From an uncultured Nitrospiraceae bacterium (lineage in GTDB: Bacteria > Nitrospirota > Nitrospiria > Nitrospirales > Nitrospiraceae), in contig CAWJWJ010000002.1 in assembly GCA_963846575.1 (NCBI GenBank), positions 1,120,001 through 1,184,000 on the forward strand: 64,000 nt of DNA. The letters run 5' to 3'. The first letter of the stretch is position 1; each line of letters begins with the position of its first letter. This document shows, one piece after another, positions 1 to 9,424 of this stretch. A program made the position numbers and the translations under genes. A model generated the notes under the pieces. It was not told where the DNA came from and made no database searches. It saw only the letters and a program-made list of their open reading frames with translations.

Positions 1-1
1 G

Positions 2-346
2 CTGCTCCACGTCGGCCGGTCAGAAGAAGCCGCCGGACTGCTCGGTCGTCTGGTGGCCTGCGCCAACGATGTCGGTCTGTACGCCGAGGAGATCGATACG
101 GAGACCGGGGCCTTTCTGGGCAATTTTCCGCAGACCTACACGCAACTGGCGTTGATCGGCAGTGCGGTGCACCTCGCCCTGTGCCAAAAGGGGGGCACGG
201 AGGCGCTCAAGGCCACCCATGCCGAACGCGCCCATCGCATCGTCTCGGCCACACTCGGCTGGCGCGCGATCGTGGCCGCGTTCACGACGACCTGGCGCGT
301 CGGCCGTGTGTTCTCGTCAAAACGCTCGCTACTGAGACTGGAGTAA
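2..346 (+). CDS. glycoside hydrolase family 15 (glucoamylase/trehalase-like), C-terminal part, 5' end outside window
   Basis: Open frame from base 2; C-terminal GH15 motif [12 protein letters not shown]...[15 protein letters not shown]. Confidence 0.85.
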   Translation: MLHVGRSEEAAGLLGRLVACANDVGLYAEEIDTETGAFLGNFPQTYTQLALIGSAVHLALCQKGGTEALKATHAERAHRIVSATLGWRAIVAAFTTTWRVGRVFSSKRSLLRLE

Positions 347-404
347 AGGGAAACTTACTTCCCAGCGCATGTGCACCAGTCACCTGCCGCCATGTCTTGG
401 GCGG

Positions 405-467
405 CATGTTCGATTGCAAGTCCTGACCCCATTCTGAGTGCGCAAGTCCTGACCCCATTCTGAGTGC
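405..467 (+). repeat. dispersed motif copy with exact 26-bp tandem duplication
   Basis: gcaagtcctgaccccattctgagtgc at 416-441 and 442-467; core shared with 6311-6338 and 7380-7400. Confidence 0.9.
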
Positions 468-689
468 GAGTGGGTTCGTCTTGAAACGGCTGACGATCCG
501 TTCCTCAAGGAATAGTGAACCAAAGACCGCATCGATCAGGTTTTGAAAGATCGAAGGATCTGGGGCTGTATCAGCGCGTCGCAATCGGGCATAATGAAAG
601 TCAGTTTTTTTGCCCGCAACTTCGCAGGATGCTGTCGATGGTTGAGGTAAGCGGCACGTGGAATCACTTGACGTTAAATTCGAGGAATC

Positions 690-1289
690 ATGAGATTACA
701 CGCATCACGTTATGGATGGAGCGATGCATTGGCTTGTGGCCTGGTCCTCTGGCTGGTCACAGGCTGCGGGCCCTACATCCGCGCGGAAGGGACGCATCAG
801 CGCATTCCCCCGCCCGACACGCTTGTGGCGGTCTGGGGCGACAATCCGACCGTAGTGAAGACCGCGTCCATGTGGCTCAAAATGCGGGGATTGGCCGTGG
901 TCGACCCGGCGCAGGTACAGGCCGAGGTGCAGGATGTCAGCAAGGCGGCCGTGCACCTGCCGAGCGAGACAGACCTGCTGGGCATCGCCGACCGTCTCGG
1001 CATCGAACAACTCATCCTGGTAGGCATGGCCGGAGACCTGAGGGCGCCCTCGATTTTTGTCCGGGGGCTGGAGGTCAAATCTAGGCGTATCCAATGGATC
1101 GGGAGCGCCCGGTATGAGGACTACGTCTCCACGCCCGTCTCGAATCACGTGATCATCGCAACCTGTCGGGCGCTTTCCGCCGCCTGGGGCAACCCGGACC
1201 CGGGCAAGGAAACCTATTGTGCTCCGGCGGATGACGTGGCACGGCAGAAGAATCCGCCTGAGCCCGCGGGCAGAAGGACGCTCCCATGA
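690..1289 (+). CDS. putative lipoprotein
   Basis: GAGGA RBS, hydrophobic leader ending VTGC, ATGA overlap with next gene. Confidence 0.7.
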   Translation: MRLHASRYGWSDALACGLVLWLVTGCGPYIRAEGTHQRIPPPDTLVAVWGDNPTVVKTASMWLKMRGLAVVDPAQVQAEVQDVSKAAVHLPSETDLLGIADRLGIEQLILVGMAGDLRAPSIFVRGLEVKSRRIQWIGSARYEDYVSTPVSNHVIIATCRALSAAWGNPDPGKETYCAPADDVARQKNPPEPAGRRTLP

Positions 1290-1891
1290 GGCAGGGGCTA
1301 TGGCAACCTCCAGGGTGGACGCTCACCGGAATCCTGCTGGCGACAGGGCTGCTGGCCGCAGGCTGCAGCACGATGCAGGATCGCACCAATACTCCCCGGA
1401 CGTCGGGCGAACAATTGCTCCTGGCGCAAGCCATTGAACGGGGCCTGTCTGACCTGAGTCTGCCCCTCTCCACCAATACAGCCGTGGCGGTCAAGTCGTT
1501 CGGATTTACCGACGATAAGGAAGTCGCACACCGGCAGATCGAGAGCTGGTTCCTCGCTCAAGGCTATCCTGTCGTCGAAGACGATAAGGCCGCCATTAAC
1601 GTCCGGGTCCTGATCCAGGCTCTGGGGACCGAACGCAGCGAGACGTTTTTCGGGGTGCCGGCCATCTCCAGTCTCTTGATCCCGCTTGCCTTGCCCGAAC
1701 TGGTCGTGTACCGGGCCGCCAGGCAACAGGGAGTGGCACGGTACCAACTGGAGCTGACGGACGCGAAGACGGGCGCGCTTCTCCATCGCTCGCGTCTCTG
1801 TGAAGGCACGGCCTTCCTGAATCAATTCACCGTCTTGTTCTTGTTTACCTTCCAGCGGACCGACCTCCTCCCCCCGCCTCCGTTTTCATAA
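1286..1891 (+). CDS. lipoprotein, DUF6655-like
   Basis: Lipobox LAAGC followed by TPRTSGEQLLLAQAIERGL. Confidence 0.65.
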   Translation: MRQGLWQPPGWTLTGILLATGLLAAGCSTMQDRTNTPRTSGEQLLLAQAIERGLSDLSLPLSTNTAVAVKSFGFTDDKEVAHRQIESWFLAQGYPVVEDDKAAINVRVLIQALGTERSETFFGVPAISSLLIPLALPELVVYRAARQQGVARYQLELTDAKTGALLHRSRLCEGTAFLNQFTVLFLFTFQRTDLLPPPPFS

Positions 1892-2102
1892 TGAGGGGGT
1901 TGTCACTGGCCCGCCTTCTCTCTCACTACTTTCGAATCGGCCGTCCGGGCTGCCTTGTGGAGGGTCCTCGCCCGGGAGGAGATGCGTCCCCCTTGTCTAT
2001 CGACACCTGAGGACCATCATCTTGCGAGTGGGAGGCGATCCCTCTCGCGCAGGTGATCTTCTTCGCGGCAAAGGATCTTTGATGTGTTGTACCGTTCACA
2101 TT

Positions 2103-3503
2103 TCACGCCGCCGCTTTCTTCAGATCCTCGACCAGCAGGTCGAACAACCGGGCCTGCGACGAGGGATCCCGTGCGCGGAGAATGCTGGACGGGTGGTAGG
2201 TTAGCAAAATGCGTGACGAAAACGGGCTGCTGAAAAACCGCCCGTGCTGCCGCTCGATCGAAACCTGCCCGCCGATCAGCGATTGCGCGGCGGTGCGGCC
2301 CAGACAGACGACGATTTCCGGCCGTACCGCCTTCAACTCCGCTTCGAGCCAGGGCCGGCAGGCGATGACGTTCGATGGGCGCGGAGCTTGATGCCGCCGC
2401 AGGCGGCCATCCAGCACGAACCGGAAGTGTTTGACGGCATTCGTCACGTAGAGCTGCGAACGGTCGAGAGCCGCCCTGTCCAACGCCTGGTCCAAGACCT
2501 CACCCGCCGGGCCGACGAATGGCGCACCGGCCAGATCCTCCTGATCTCCCGGCTGTTCCCCGACGAGCATGACGCGCGCGGTGGTCGGGCCGCGCCCGAA
2601 GACTGTCTGGGTGGCGGCAAGGTGCAGCTCGCAGCCCGTGCAGGTGGCCGCGGCCTGGGCCAGATCCGGCAGCGAGGTCGCCATCGGCAGGGCGGCCATA
2701 CGCTGACGGCTGTCCATGACCTGTCCCACGCTGGCCCGCACCCCCTGGGTCAAGGGTGTGATCAGACGAGATTCCGGCAGCCCCTTCCAGAACCGTCCTG
2801 GGAGCTGCGCCTGCATCGCCGTTGGATTGATGCGAGCGGGATTGAACGTCGCCGCGTAATAGGCGCGCCAGACCAATTCCAGCGTATCGTCCGTCGGGGC
2901 CTCCCTCTGCATGACCCCGGGGCCGAACCGCAAGGTCTCACCGTCCCAATGGCTCGAGGCGTCCGGAGTCAGGATGGACCAGCGCAGGGCGGCAAACCGC
3001 TCCACAAAAAACGGCGCGGCGAGTGGCAGGACGGGATGATCCGGCTGGTGCCAGGCGACGTACTGTGCCCCCGCCCCATCGGTGATCTGTCGAAAACGCA
3101 CGAAGGCCTTCATGTGATAGACATCCCGCTGAACCTGCCGTTGCATCTTCAGCAGACGGGAGACCTCCCGGTCCACTTCGACGGCCAGCAAGCGGGGTTC
3201 GGTCGAAGTGAGCCGCCACAGGACCGAATAGAGCAGAGGCCACTTCGAGGCATCGCGATGGTACGCGACGATCTTCAGCATGCTGCGGAAATCTTTGGGA
3301 ATGCGGGGGGCAGGGATCGAACGGCCCGCCGGGAGTTCCCTCGGGGCGCTGCTCTGGAAGTCGGCGAAGAGGCCGGGCAAGGTTGGTTGTGCCGCGGTGG
3401 TCTCCGTCCAGAGCATCTCGGATGGGGGACGCCGCTGGGCCAACTGTTCGAGCGCCGCCGTCAGCCACCCGTCGGGCGTGGGAGTGAAGCAGACGTCACG
3501 CAA
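2103..3503 (-). CDS. udgX: DUF4130 domain fused to UdgX-family uracil-DNA binding protein
   Basis: N-terminal HMKAFVRF...FFVERFAALRWSILTP (DUF4130); C-terminal CTGC, GEQPG, TNAVKHF, HPSSILR (family 4 UDG/UdgX); TTG start. Confidence 0.88.
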   Translation of the reverse strand: MRDVCFTPTPDGWLTAALEQLAQRRPPSEMLWTETTAAQPTLPGLFADFQSSAPRELPAGRSIPAPRIPKDFRSMLKIVAYHRDASKWPLLYSVLWRLTSTEPRLLAVEVDREVSRLLKMQRQVQRDVYHMKAFVRFRQITDGAGAQYVAWHQPDHPVLPLAAPFFVERFAALRWSILTPDASSHWDGETLRFGPGVMQREAPTDDTLELVWRAYYAATFNPARINPTAMQAQLPGRFWKGLPESRLITPLTQGVRASVGQVMDSRQRMAALPMATSLPDLAQAAATCTGCELHLAATQTVFGRGPTTARVMLVGEQPGDQEDLAGAPFVGPAGEVLDQALDRAALDRSQLYVTNAVKHFRFVLDGRLRRHQAPRPSNVIACRPWLEAELKAVRPEIVVCLGRTAAQSLIGGQVSIERQHGRFFSSPFSSRILLTYHPSSILRARDPSSQARLFDLLVEDLKKAAA

Positions 3504-3505
3504 GG

Positions 3506-4756
3506 TCAGAGTTGCCCAAAGGTCGCCTCGAGCGAGGCGGAGAACAATTCCAACTGCGCCGGTTTGCTGAGCAGCTCCGGTAGATCGTCCCGGTCTAACC
3601 GCAACAGACGCTCCGAATAGGCCGGCGTGACGATGAACGGCCGTACCCGTCGGAGGGGCACGTGCAGGGTGCGCAGATCATCCAGCGTCACCCGGTGATA
3701 CCGCCGGATGGAAAGGATTCTGGCGACGTTCTTGTATCCCAGTCCCGGTACCCGCAGGAGCTCTTCGCGCGGCGCGCGGTTCACATCCACGGGGAAACGC
3801 TCTCGATGGCGCAGGGCCCAGGCGAGTTTCGGGTCGAGATCGAGCGACAGGTTGGGATCGTCGGCAGTGGTGAGTTCCTCCATGGAGAAACCATAAAAAC
3901 GGGTCAGCCAGTCGGCCTGGTAGAGGCGATGCTCCCGCACCAGTGGCGGCGCCTGCAGCGGCAGGCGGGGATCGGCGTTGGGGTAGGGGCTGAAGGCCGA
4001 GTAGTAGACGCGCTTGAGTCCGTAACGCTGATACAGGTGCGCCGCCGAAGCAAGAATCACCGCATCCGTGCTGGGCGTGGCCCCGATCACCATCTGGGTC
4101 GATTGACCGGCGGGCGCGAAGGAAGGCGCGGAACGCCGATGCGATCGCTCCGTGCGTGCCGCCTGCACCCCTTGCTGAATCTGCCCCATCGTGCCTTCGA
4201 TCACCATCATGTGCTTATCGGGTGCGAGGTGCACCAGATCGGCCTGCGTCGGCAGTTCGATGTTGGCGCTCAGGCGATCCACCCAGCGCCCGGCGTCTAC
4301 GATCAACCGCTGGGACGCGCCCGGTATGGCTTTGAGATGAATGTACCCGCCGAACCGATGGGTCTGCCGCAACGTCCGCACCACGGCTACGAGCTGCTCC
4401 ATGGTGTCGTCCGGCGAGCGAAAGATGCCGGAGCTCAAGAACAGCCCTTCGATGTAATTCCGTCGGTAGAAATCGAGCGTGAGGTCCACCACCTCCTGCG
4501 GGGTAAACGCTGCCCGCGGAATGTCGCTTGAGACCCGGTTGACGCAGAACACACAATCGTAGACGCAATGGTTCGTGAGCAGGATTTTCAGGAGCGAGAC
4601 GCAACGGCCGTCGGGCGTGAAACTATGGCAGATGCTATGGCCATCGGTATGGCCCAGACCGTCCTTGGAGCCGGCCCGGCGGGAGCCGCCGCTGGCGCAA
4701 GACACATCATATTTGGCGGCCTCGGCGAGGATCTTCAGCTTTGTGGTGAGCGACAT
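3506..4756 (-). CDS. putative DNA modification/repair radical SAM protein with C-terminal HhH
   Basis: AAKYDVSCASGG, CVYDCVFC (CxxxCxxC), REHRLYQADWL, LLRVPGLG. Confidence 0.92.
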   Translation of the reverse strand: MSLTTKLKILAEAAKYDVSCASGGSRRAGSKDGLGHTDGHSICHSFTPDGRCVSLLKILLTNHCVYDCVFCVNRVSSDIPRAAFTPQEVVDLTLDFYRRNYIEGLFLSSGIFRSPDDTMEQLVAVVRTLRQTHRFGGYIHLKAIPGASQRLIVDAGRWVDRLSANIELPTQADLVHLAPDKHMMVIEGTMGQIQQGVQAARTERSHRRSAPSFAPAGQSTQMVIGATPSTDAVILASAAHLYQRYGLKRVYYSAFSPYPNADPRLPLQAPPLVREHRLYQADWLTRFYGFSMEELTTADDPNLSLDLDPKLAWALRHRERFPVDVNRAPREELLRVPGLGYKNVARILSIRRYHRVTLDDLRTLHVPLRRVRPFIVTPAYSERLLRLDRDDLPELLSKPAQLELFSASLEATFGQL

Positions 4757-4761
4757 CGGTC

Positions 4762-4767
4762 ATTATA
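4762..4767 (-). promoter_or_regulatory. perfect -10 box 5 nt upstream of the radical SAM start (leaderless transcript candidate)
   Basis: Minus strand reads TATAAT-gaccg-ATG; no Shine-Dalgarno. Confidence 0.55.
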
Positions 4768-4941
4768 CCCGATGGGCTGGAGTCCAGGGGAGTCCTGGAG
4801 CCTCGCCGCCTGTGGGGTCAGCTTTTTCCGTCGTCACCTTTTATTGTGTTAGCCTGTGGGACGAGGGAGCGATTCTACTAGAGGCTCGCCACCCGGCCCG
4901 GGCCGGTGTCCTGCCGACGAGAGGGAGGGAAATCAGGAAAC

Positions 4942-5628
4942 ATGCTGCGTGTCGTTCTGATCGTGATCATTGTCGGTCTGGTCGTGTTCGGTCCGCAACT
5001 CTGGACCAGGCGGGTCTTTGCCAGGCATAGTGCGCCCCGTCCCGACTACCCGGGCACCGGAGGGGAACTGGCCCGGCACCTGCTGAATCGGCTCAACATG
5101 TCACACATCAAGGTCGAACCGACCGAGAAGGGAGACCACTACGATCCCGTCACCAAAGCGGTCCGCCTGACGCCGGACATCTTCGATGGAAAGTCCCTGA
5201 CGGCCATCACGGTGGCCGCCCACGAAGTCGGGCATGCCATCCAAGATCACGAAGGCTACCAGCCGCTCGCAGAACGGACGAAGCTCGTGAAGGTCGCGCA
5301 GGGAGCGGAGAAGGTGGGGGTGTTTTTGATGATGGGGATTCCGATCGCCGCGTCTCTGGCCAGGACCCCTGCGGCGGGCCTCCTGGTCATGGTGGCCGGG
5401 ATGGCGACGATGGGGATCGCGACGCTGGTCCACCTCTTCACGCTGCCGGTCGAGTGGGACGCCAGCTTCAGGCGCGCCCTTCCAGTCCTCCGGCACGGCA
5501 ACTATCTGTCTCCTGAAGACGAGCAGGGGGCCCGCAGTATCCTCACCGCAGCCGCGCTGACCTACGTGGCCGCCTCCCTCGCGAGCCTGCTCAACCTGTG
5601 GCGCTGGCTTGCCCTGCTACGGCGCTAG
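4942..5628 (+). CDS. neutral zinc metallopeptidase, YugP-like
   Basis: GDHYDP, AAHEVGHAIQ, TLPVEWDAS, AAALTYVA. Confidence 0.9.
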   Translation: MLRVVLIVIIVGLVVFGPQLWTRRVFARHSAPRPDYPGTGGELARHLLNRLNMSHIKVEPTEKGDHYDPVTKAVRLTPDIFDGKSLTAITVAAHEVGHAIQDHEGYQPLAERTKLVKVAQGAEKVGVFLMMGIPIAASLARTPAAGLLVMVAGMATMGIATLVHLFTLPVEWDASFRRALPVLRHGNYLSPEDEQGARSILTAAALTYVAASLASLLNLWRWLALLRR

Positions 5629-5808
5629 GCCCTTCACTCACTTTTGCACATGATCGCGCCTGGTGATACTGCGAGCCTGCGGATGGCTTCACAGCGCGTG
5701 TCTAGCGTGCGAGGATCGCCGTATTTGGGACGACAGGTGTCGGCTGCAACATCCAGGGTGATGGTGGCAGCATCAGTGCTCAGAGGCCAATGGGCAAGAG
5801 GAGGACGC

Positions 5809-6156
5809 ATGGAGATGGTTGGAATCTTCGCTGTGGCCTGCGTGACCGACATGGAACGCAGCGTCGCATGGTATGCGCGGTTGATGGGGCCGGCCCCGGA
5901 CGACCGTCCCATGGAGGGGCTTGTCCAGTGGCGGAGCGCCAGCGGCGCAGGACTGCAACTGGTGCTGGAGGTCGAGAAGTCGGGCAGCAGTCTGATCACG
6001 ATCGTGACACGGGAGATGGATCTCGTTCGAGCCCAACTTGCCGCCGCAACACTCCAGCTGGAGCCCAATATTCAGGGCGATTTCGGGATTATTGCCCAGA
6101 TCAGCGATCCCGATGGCAACCGCGTAACTCTCGCTGAGCCGCCACAGGGCATGTAA
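5809..6156 (+). CDS. VOC/glyoxalase family protein
   Basis: GAGGA RBS; VTDMERSVAWYARLMG and DPDGNRVTL. Confidence 0.85.
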   Translation: MEMVGIFAVACVTDMERSVAWYARLMGPAPDDRPMEGLVQWRSASGAGLQLVLEVEKSGSSLITIVTREMDLVRAQLAAATLQLEPNIQGDFGIIAQISDPDGNRVTLAEPPQGM

Positions 6157-6310
6157 TCCGACGCGGTGGAGACCTCACGACGGCAACTCCCTCAGGCGGC
6201 GCCGTGAAGGTAGCTTGCCACGATCGGCGGCTGATTAGGAGTCTTAGGCCATGTTGAGGGGGAGAAGGCCCGATCATGGTAGTGACGGGGCTTCATCACG
6301 GCCGATAAAA

Positions 6311-6338
6311 CATGTTGGATTGCAAGACCTGACCCCAT
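6311..6338 (+). repeat. dispersed motif copy
   Basis: catgttggattgcaagacctgaccccat, 26/28 identical to 405-432. Confidence 0.9.
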
Positions 6339-6425
6339 CTTGCATCTTGGGACAGCTAAATCGGGATCCGCGAAGCCCCGGCACGGCTACGACGCCGTGA
6401 CGGAGCCTCAGCAATTCGAAGACGC

Positions 6426-6944
6426 TCAGTGGCTTTCCTTGTGTTTGCCTTCATGCAAATCGATGACGGTCCCCGCCTCGTTCAGTTCCACCGTCACTTC
6501 CGCACCCTCAGCCAAACCCTTGGTTTTGGTCTCTTGCAGCAAAAGCGGAAACGTTTGCTCCCCTTCCGCCGTCTGTAGCTTGATCTCCTTCTTCATCAAT
6601 CCAACATGCACGAGCTTTCCTGTGACATGCTTGTGCTTCCCCTTTTCCCCCGCATGATGGACGTCAATCAATGTGTTGTTCTCATTGACGGTGAAATCCA
6701 CCTTGTCACCGATCTTGAACTCACGCCCTTGCCGATGCGCCTCTTTTTCGCTTAAAGAATAGGTAGACCCGGTTTCATCCTTAATGGCCAGACTGCCCGC
6801 CTTCTCGACCACTTCCCCCTTGTAATGTCGATGCGTTCCCTTACCCTTATCGTCCGCAACGGCCAATCCCGCCGTACCCAAGGCCACCGCACTGCAGATG
6901 ACCGCCGCAATCACGACTCCTGAAATCCCCTTGGTACTTGTCAT
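6426..6944 (-). CDS. exported protein with two internal OB-fold-like repeats
   Basis: Signal peptide ending AVA; repeats GDKVDFTVNENNTLIDVH / GAEVTVELNEAGTVIDLH; AGGAGG RBS. Confidence 0.75.
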   Translation of the reverse strand: MTSTKGISGVVIAAVICSAVALGTAGLAVADDKGKGTHRHYKGEVVEKAGSLAIKDETGSTYSLSEKEAHRQGREFKIGDKVDFTVNENNTLIDVHHAGEKGKHKHVTGKLVHVGLMKKEIKLQTAEGEQTFPLLLQETKTKGLAEGAEVTVELNEAGTVIDLHEGKHKESH

Positions 6945-7379
6945 TTGATCCCTCCTGAATTGAATGAATGAAACCCATCTTCGCCATGGTAATGATCTTG
7001 CCGAAGAGAATCACCCTTTTTCTCTCGGGCCATATGCTATGAGCCGGGACAGCCGGCGGAGGCACACATGCGAGGCAGATGGGGGAAAGGTCTTAACTTG
7101 AATGGTCTCTGGAACGAGTAGGATCCTTACCTTGCATTTAAGGCGCAAACTACAGAGTTCGACCTGCCCCCGAGTCTGCAGGCTGCCTCATGGGGTCTGT
7201 CTGGTGGACGAGGGAGCGATACGTGTGGGATGCCACATCGAACGTGATGGTGCAAGCATCAGCCGACCTGGCCAGCCGGTCACGCATCCCGCTACGCCCG
7301 CTGCTGAGAATGGCGTAAAGAGCGGCCCTGGCATGCGCATCCTGGTCGGGTGTCTGCCGTCCTGATTCAGTCGGTGCTA

Positions 7380-7400
7380 GATTGCAAGACCTGACCCCAT
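7380..7400 (+). repeat. dispersed motif copy
   Basis: gattgcaagacctgaccccat, identical to 6318-6338. Confidence 0.9.
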
Positions 7401-7573
7401 CCTTGACCTGCAGTATCAAGTTGTATACCGGCGGCGCGGCTGGTGGCACACCGCCTGGCCCTAGGCAATATCCTGGAAAAAAATTGGCAGCCCCGGCCTG
7501 CTCGTCGCCATTGCCGCACCCTGAGTAGTACACTCCTCTCTGTAACCGTCCCCCAACCTGTGAGACCCACTCG

Positions 7574-8578
7574 ATGCTCGTGACGCCGGAAGTGAACAGC
7601 CGGAACAGGAAGCAGGCTCTGGCTGCCGCTGCCCTGGTGGCCCTGGCGGTGTCGATCTGGGGCTGGATCGCCACCCCCATGTTCCTCTTGCTGGTCTTAA
7701 GTCCGTTAACCTATTGGTGGCTGCGGCAGCGCAGCCTGCGGCGTCTGGAGGTCATGACGCAGCCCTTTCCCGCCGAGTGGGAGCCGATCCTCCGCGGCCA
7801 GGTGGCCTTCTTCGCGGCGCTCGATGAGGCAGGCCAGGCACGGTTCCGGCAGATGATGCAGATCTTTCTCGACGAGGTGCGGATCACGGGTATTCGCACG
7901 GAGATCGACGAGACGGTGTTGGTGCTGGTGGCGGCGAGCGCGGTGATCCCCATCTTCGGTTTCAGCGATTGGGAATACCATCGGTTGCGCGAGGTGCTGA
8001 TCTATCCCGACGCGTTCGACGATGCGTACCAGACGGCCGAGGGCCCGGACCCGGCCATGCTGGGAATGGTCGGGCTGCACCATTTGAGCGGGGTGATGAT
8101 CCTCTCCAAACCCGCCCTGCTGGAAGGGTTCGCGCGTCCCTCAGGCAAGCAGAACGTGGGGGTCCATGAGTTCGCGCACCTGGTCGAGCGGGAGGCGAGC
8201 GAGTACGGGCTGCCTCCCGAAGTGCCCTGGCGGGCGGTCCGGCAGTGGGTGCGGTACGTGGCCCGCGAATTGGAAGGTCCACCGGGGCATCATGACCACG
8301 TGAACCCCTATGCCTACACGAACTCCCACGAATTCTTCGCGGTGCTGGCCGAATATTTCTTCACGTCGCCGGATCTTTTGAAACGGCGGGATCCCGCCCT
8401 CTACGCCATGCTCCGTCAGATGTTTCACCAGGACCCGCACGCGTTGCTCCCGCCGGTACCGAGGCGCCGCCGGGGCGTCGGCCGCAATGCCCGCTGTCCC
8501 TGCGGGAGCGGCAGGAGATACAAGCACTGTTGTCTCGCGAAGGCGGATCGGCCTCACGCTGAAGAGAAGCGCGTCTGA
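7574..8578 (+). CDS. MtfA/M90-family zinc peptidase with C-terminal SEC-C motif
   Basis: NVGVHEFAH, YAYTNSHEFFAV; GRNARCPCGSGRRYKHCC; N-terminal TM segments. Confidence 0.88.
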   Translation: MLVTPEVNSRNRKQALAAAALVALAVSIWGWIATPMFLLLVLSPLTYWWLRQRSLRRLEVMTQPFPAEWEPILRGQVAFFAALDEAGQARFRQMMQIFLDEVRITGIRTEIDETVLVLVAASAVIPIFGFSDWEYHRLREVLIYPDAFDDAYQTAEGPDPAMLGMVGLHHLSGVMILSKPALLEGFARPSGKQNVGVHEFAHLVEREASEYGLPPEVPWRAVRQWVRYVARELEGPPGHHDHVNPYAYTNSHEFFAVLAEYFFTSPDLLKRRDPALYAMLRQMFHQDPHALLPPVPRRRRGVGRNARCPCGSGRRYKHCCLAKADRPHAEEKRV

Positions 8579-8662
8579 CCTACGGTCCGTCGGACCGGAA
8601 GCGTGGGTTGCGGTGAGAGTGACGGGCGGCCGGAGAACAGGCCGCAGACCTCATGCCTCGAC

Positions 8663-9424
8663 TCACTGTCTGGCGCGAATCTGGAGAAAATCCTGATGGA
8701 CCGACAGGCGGTAGGCTTGCTGGTCCGTCGCGAAGTGTTTGGCGACGTAGGCTTCCAGGTCGCGCCGGGCGGGGGGCCGGCTGATCGGCAGGAGATTCAG
8801 CATGAATTCCGCCACGGTGTAGGCATCGGACTGCTCGCTGGTGTCCACATGGGCCTGGTCGAGGGTGATGTCTACGTCATAGCGGTTCCCATGTTTGGCA
8901 CGGAAGGCGTCGGCCAGGCCGGCCAGGTCGAACCGGTGGCCGAAGAAATGCTCCAGCATCGTCATGCAGGCGGTCCCGCGGTTCTGGAGGATCACGACGG
9001 TCACCCCGTCGGGCGACATCCAGGAGACCAGCCGCTCCAGGTGCGCAAGCCACTCCGCCGCCGGAATGTAGTAGAGGGTGTGGGAGCAGAGCACGAAATC
9101 GCCGGGAGCGGCCGGGCTGGCGTCGAGAATCGACCTGCCGATGGCGTCGGCAAGAGGAATCGCCTGTCTGAGCCGGTTGAGCAGATGGGGGTTGGGCTCG
9201 ATGGCGATCGTGCGGTCGAAGGTCGGGGCGAAGGCGCTGGTGACTTCCCCCGTGCCGGCACCGGCGTCGATGAAGACCTTTTTTGCGGGCAGATCGTCCA
9301 CGACCCGCTGCAAGAACCGCTTCGCGTTGCGCTTCTGATCCGTGTGGTCCAGGAACACCTGGAAGGCGCGTTTGTAATCTTCGCCCTGCGAGTCGAACAC
9401 CCGAATGAGATCCGGTTGCGTCAT
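8663..9424 (-). CDS. class I SAM-dependent methyltransferase
   Basis: FIDAGAGTG, IAIEPN, DFVLCSHTLYY. Confidence 0.85.
   Translation of the reverse strand: MTQPDLIRVFDSQGEDYKRAFQVFLDHTDQKRNAKRFLQRVVDDLPAKKVFIDAGAGTGEVTSAFAPTFDRTIAIEPNPHLLNRLRQAIPLADAIGRSILDASPAAPGDFVLCSHTLYYIPAAEWLAHLERLVSWMSPDGVTVVILQNRGTACMTMLEHFFGHRFDLAGLADAFRAKHGNRYDVDITLDQAHVDTSEQSDAYTVAEFMLNLLPISRPPARRDLEAYVAKHFATDQQAYRLSVHQDFLQIRARQ

Noticed and set aside
2244..3620. 458-aa + strand ORF
   Set aside because: Antisense shadow of the udgX fusion; no motifs, typical of high-GC DNA.
7102..7365. 87-aa ORF or transposase remnant upstream of motif copy 3
   Set aside because: No RBS and no recognisable HUH or HTH motif in the frames I read.
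405..7400. CRISPR array or integron attC sites from the repeated motif
   Set aside because: Copies are kilobases apart or directly adjacent, with no unique spacers, no cas or integrase gene and no attC-like inverted core sites.
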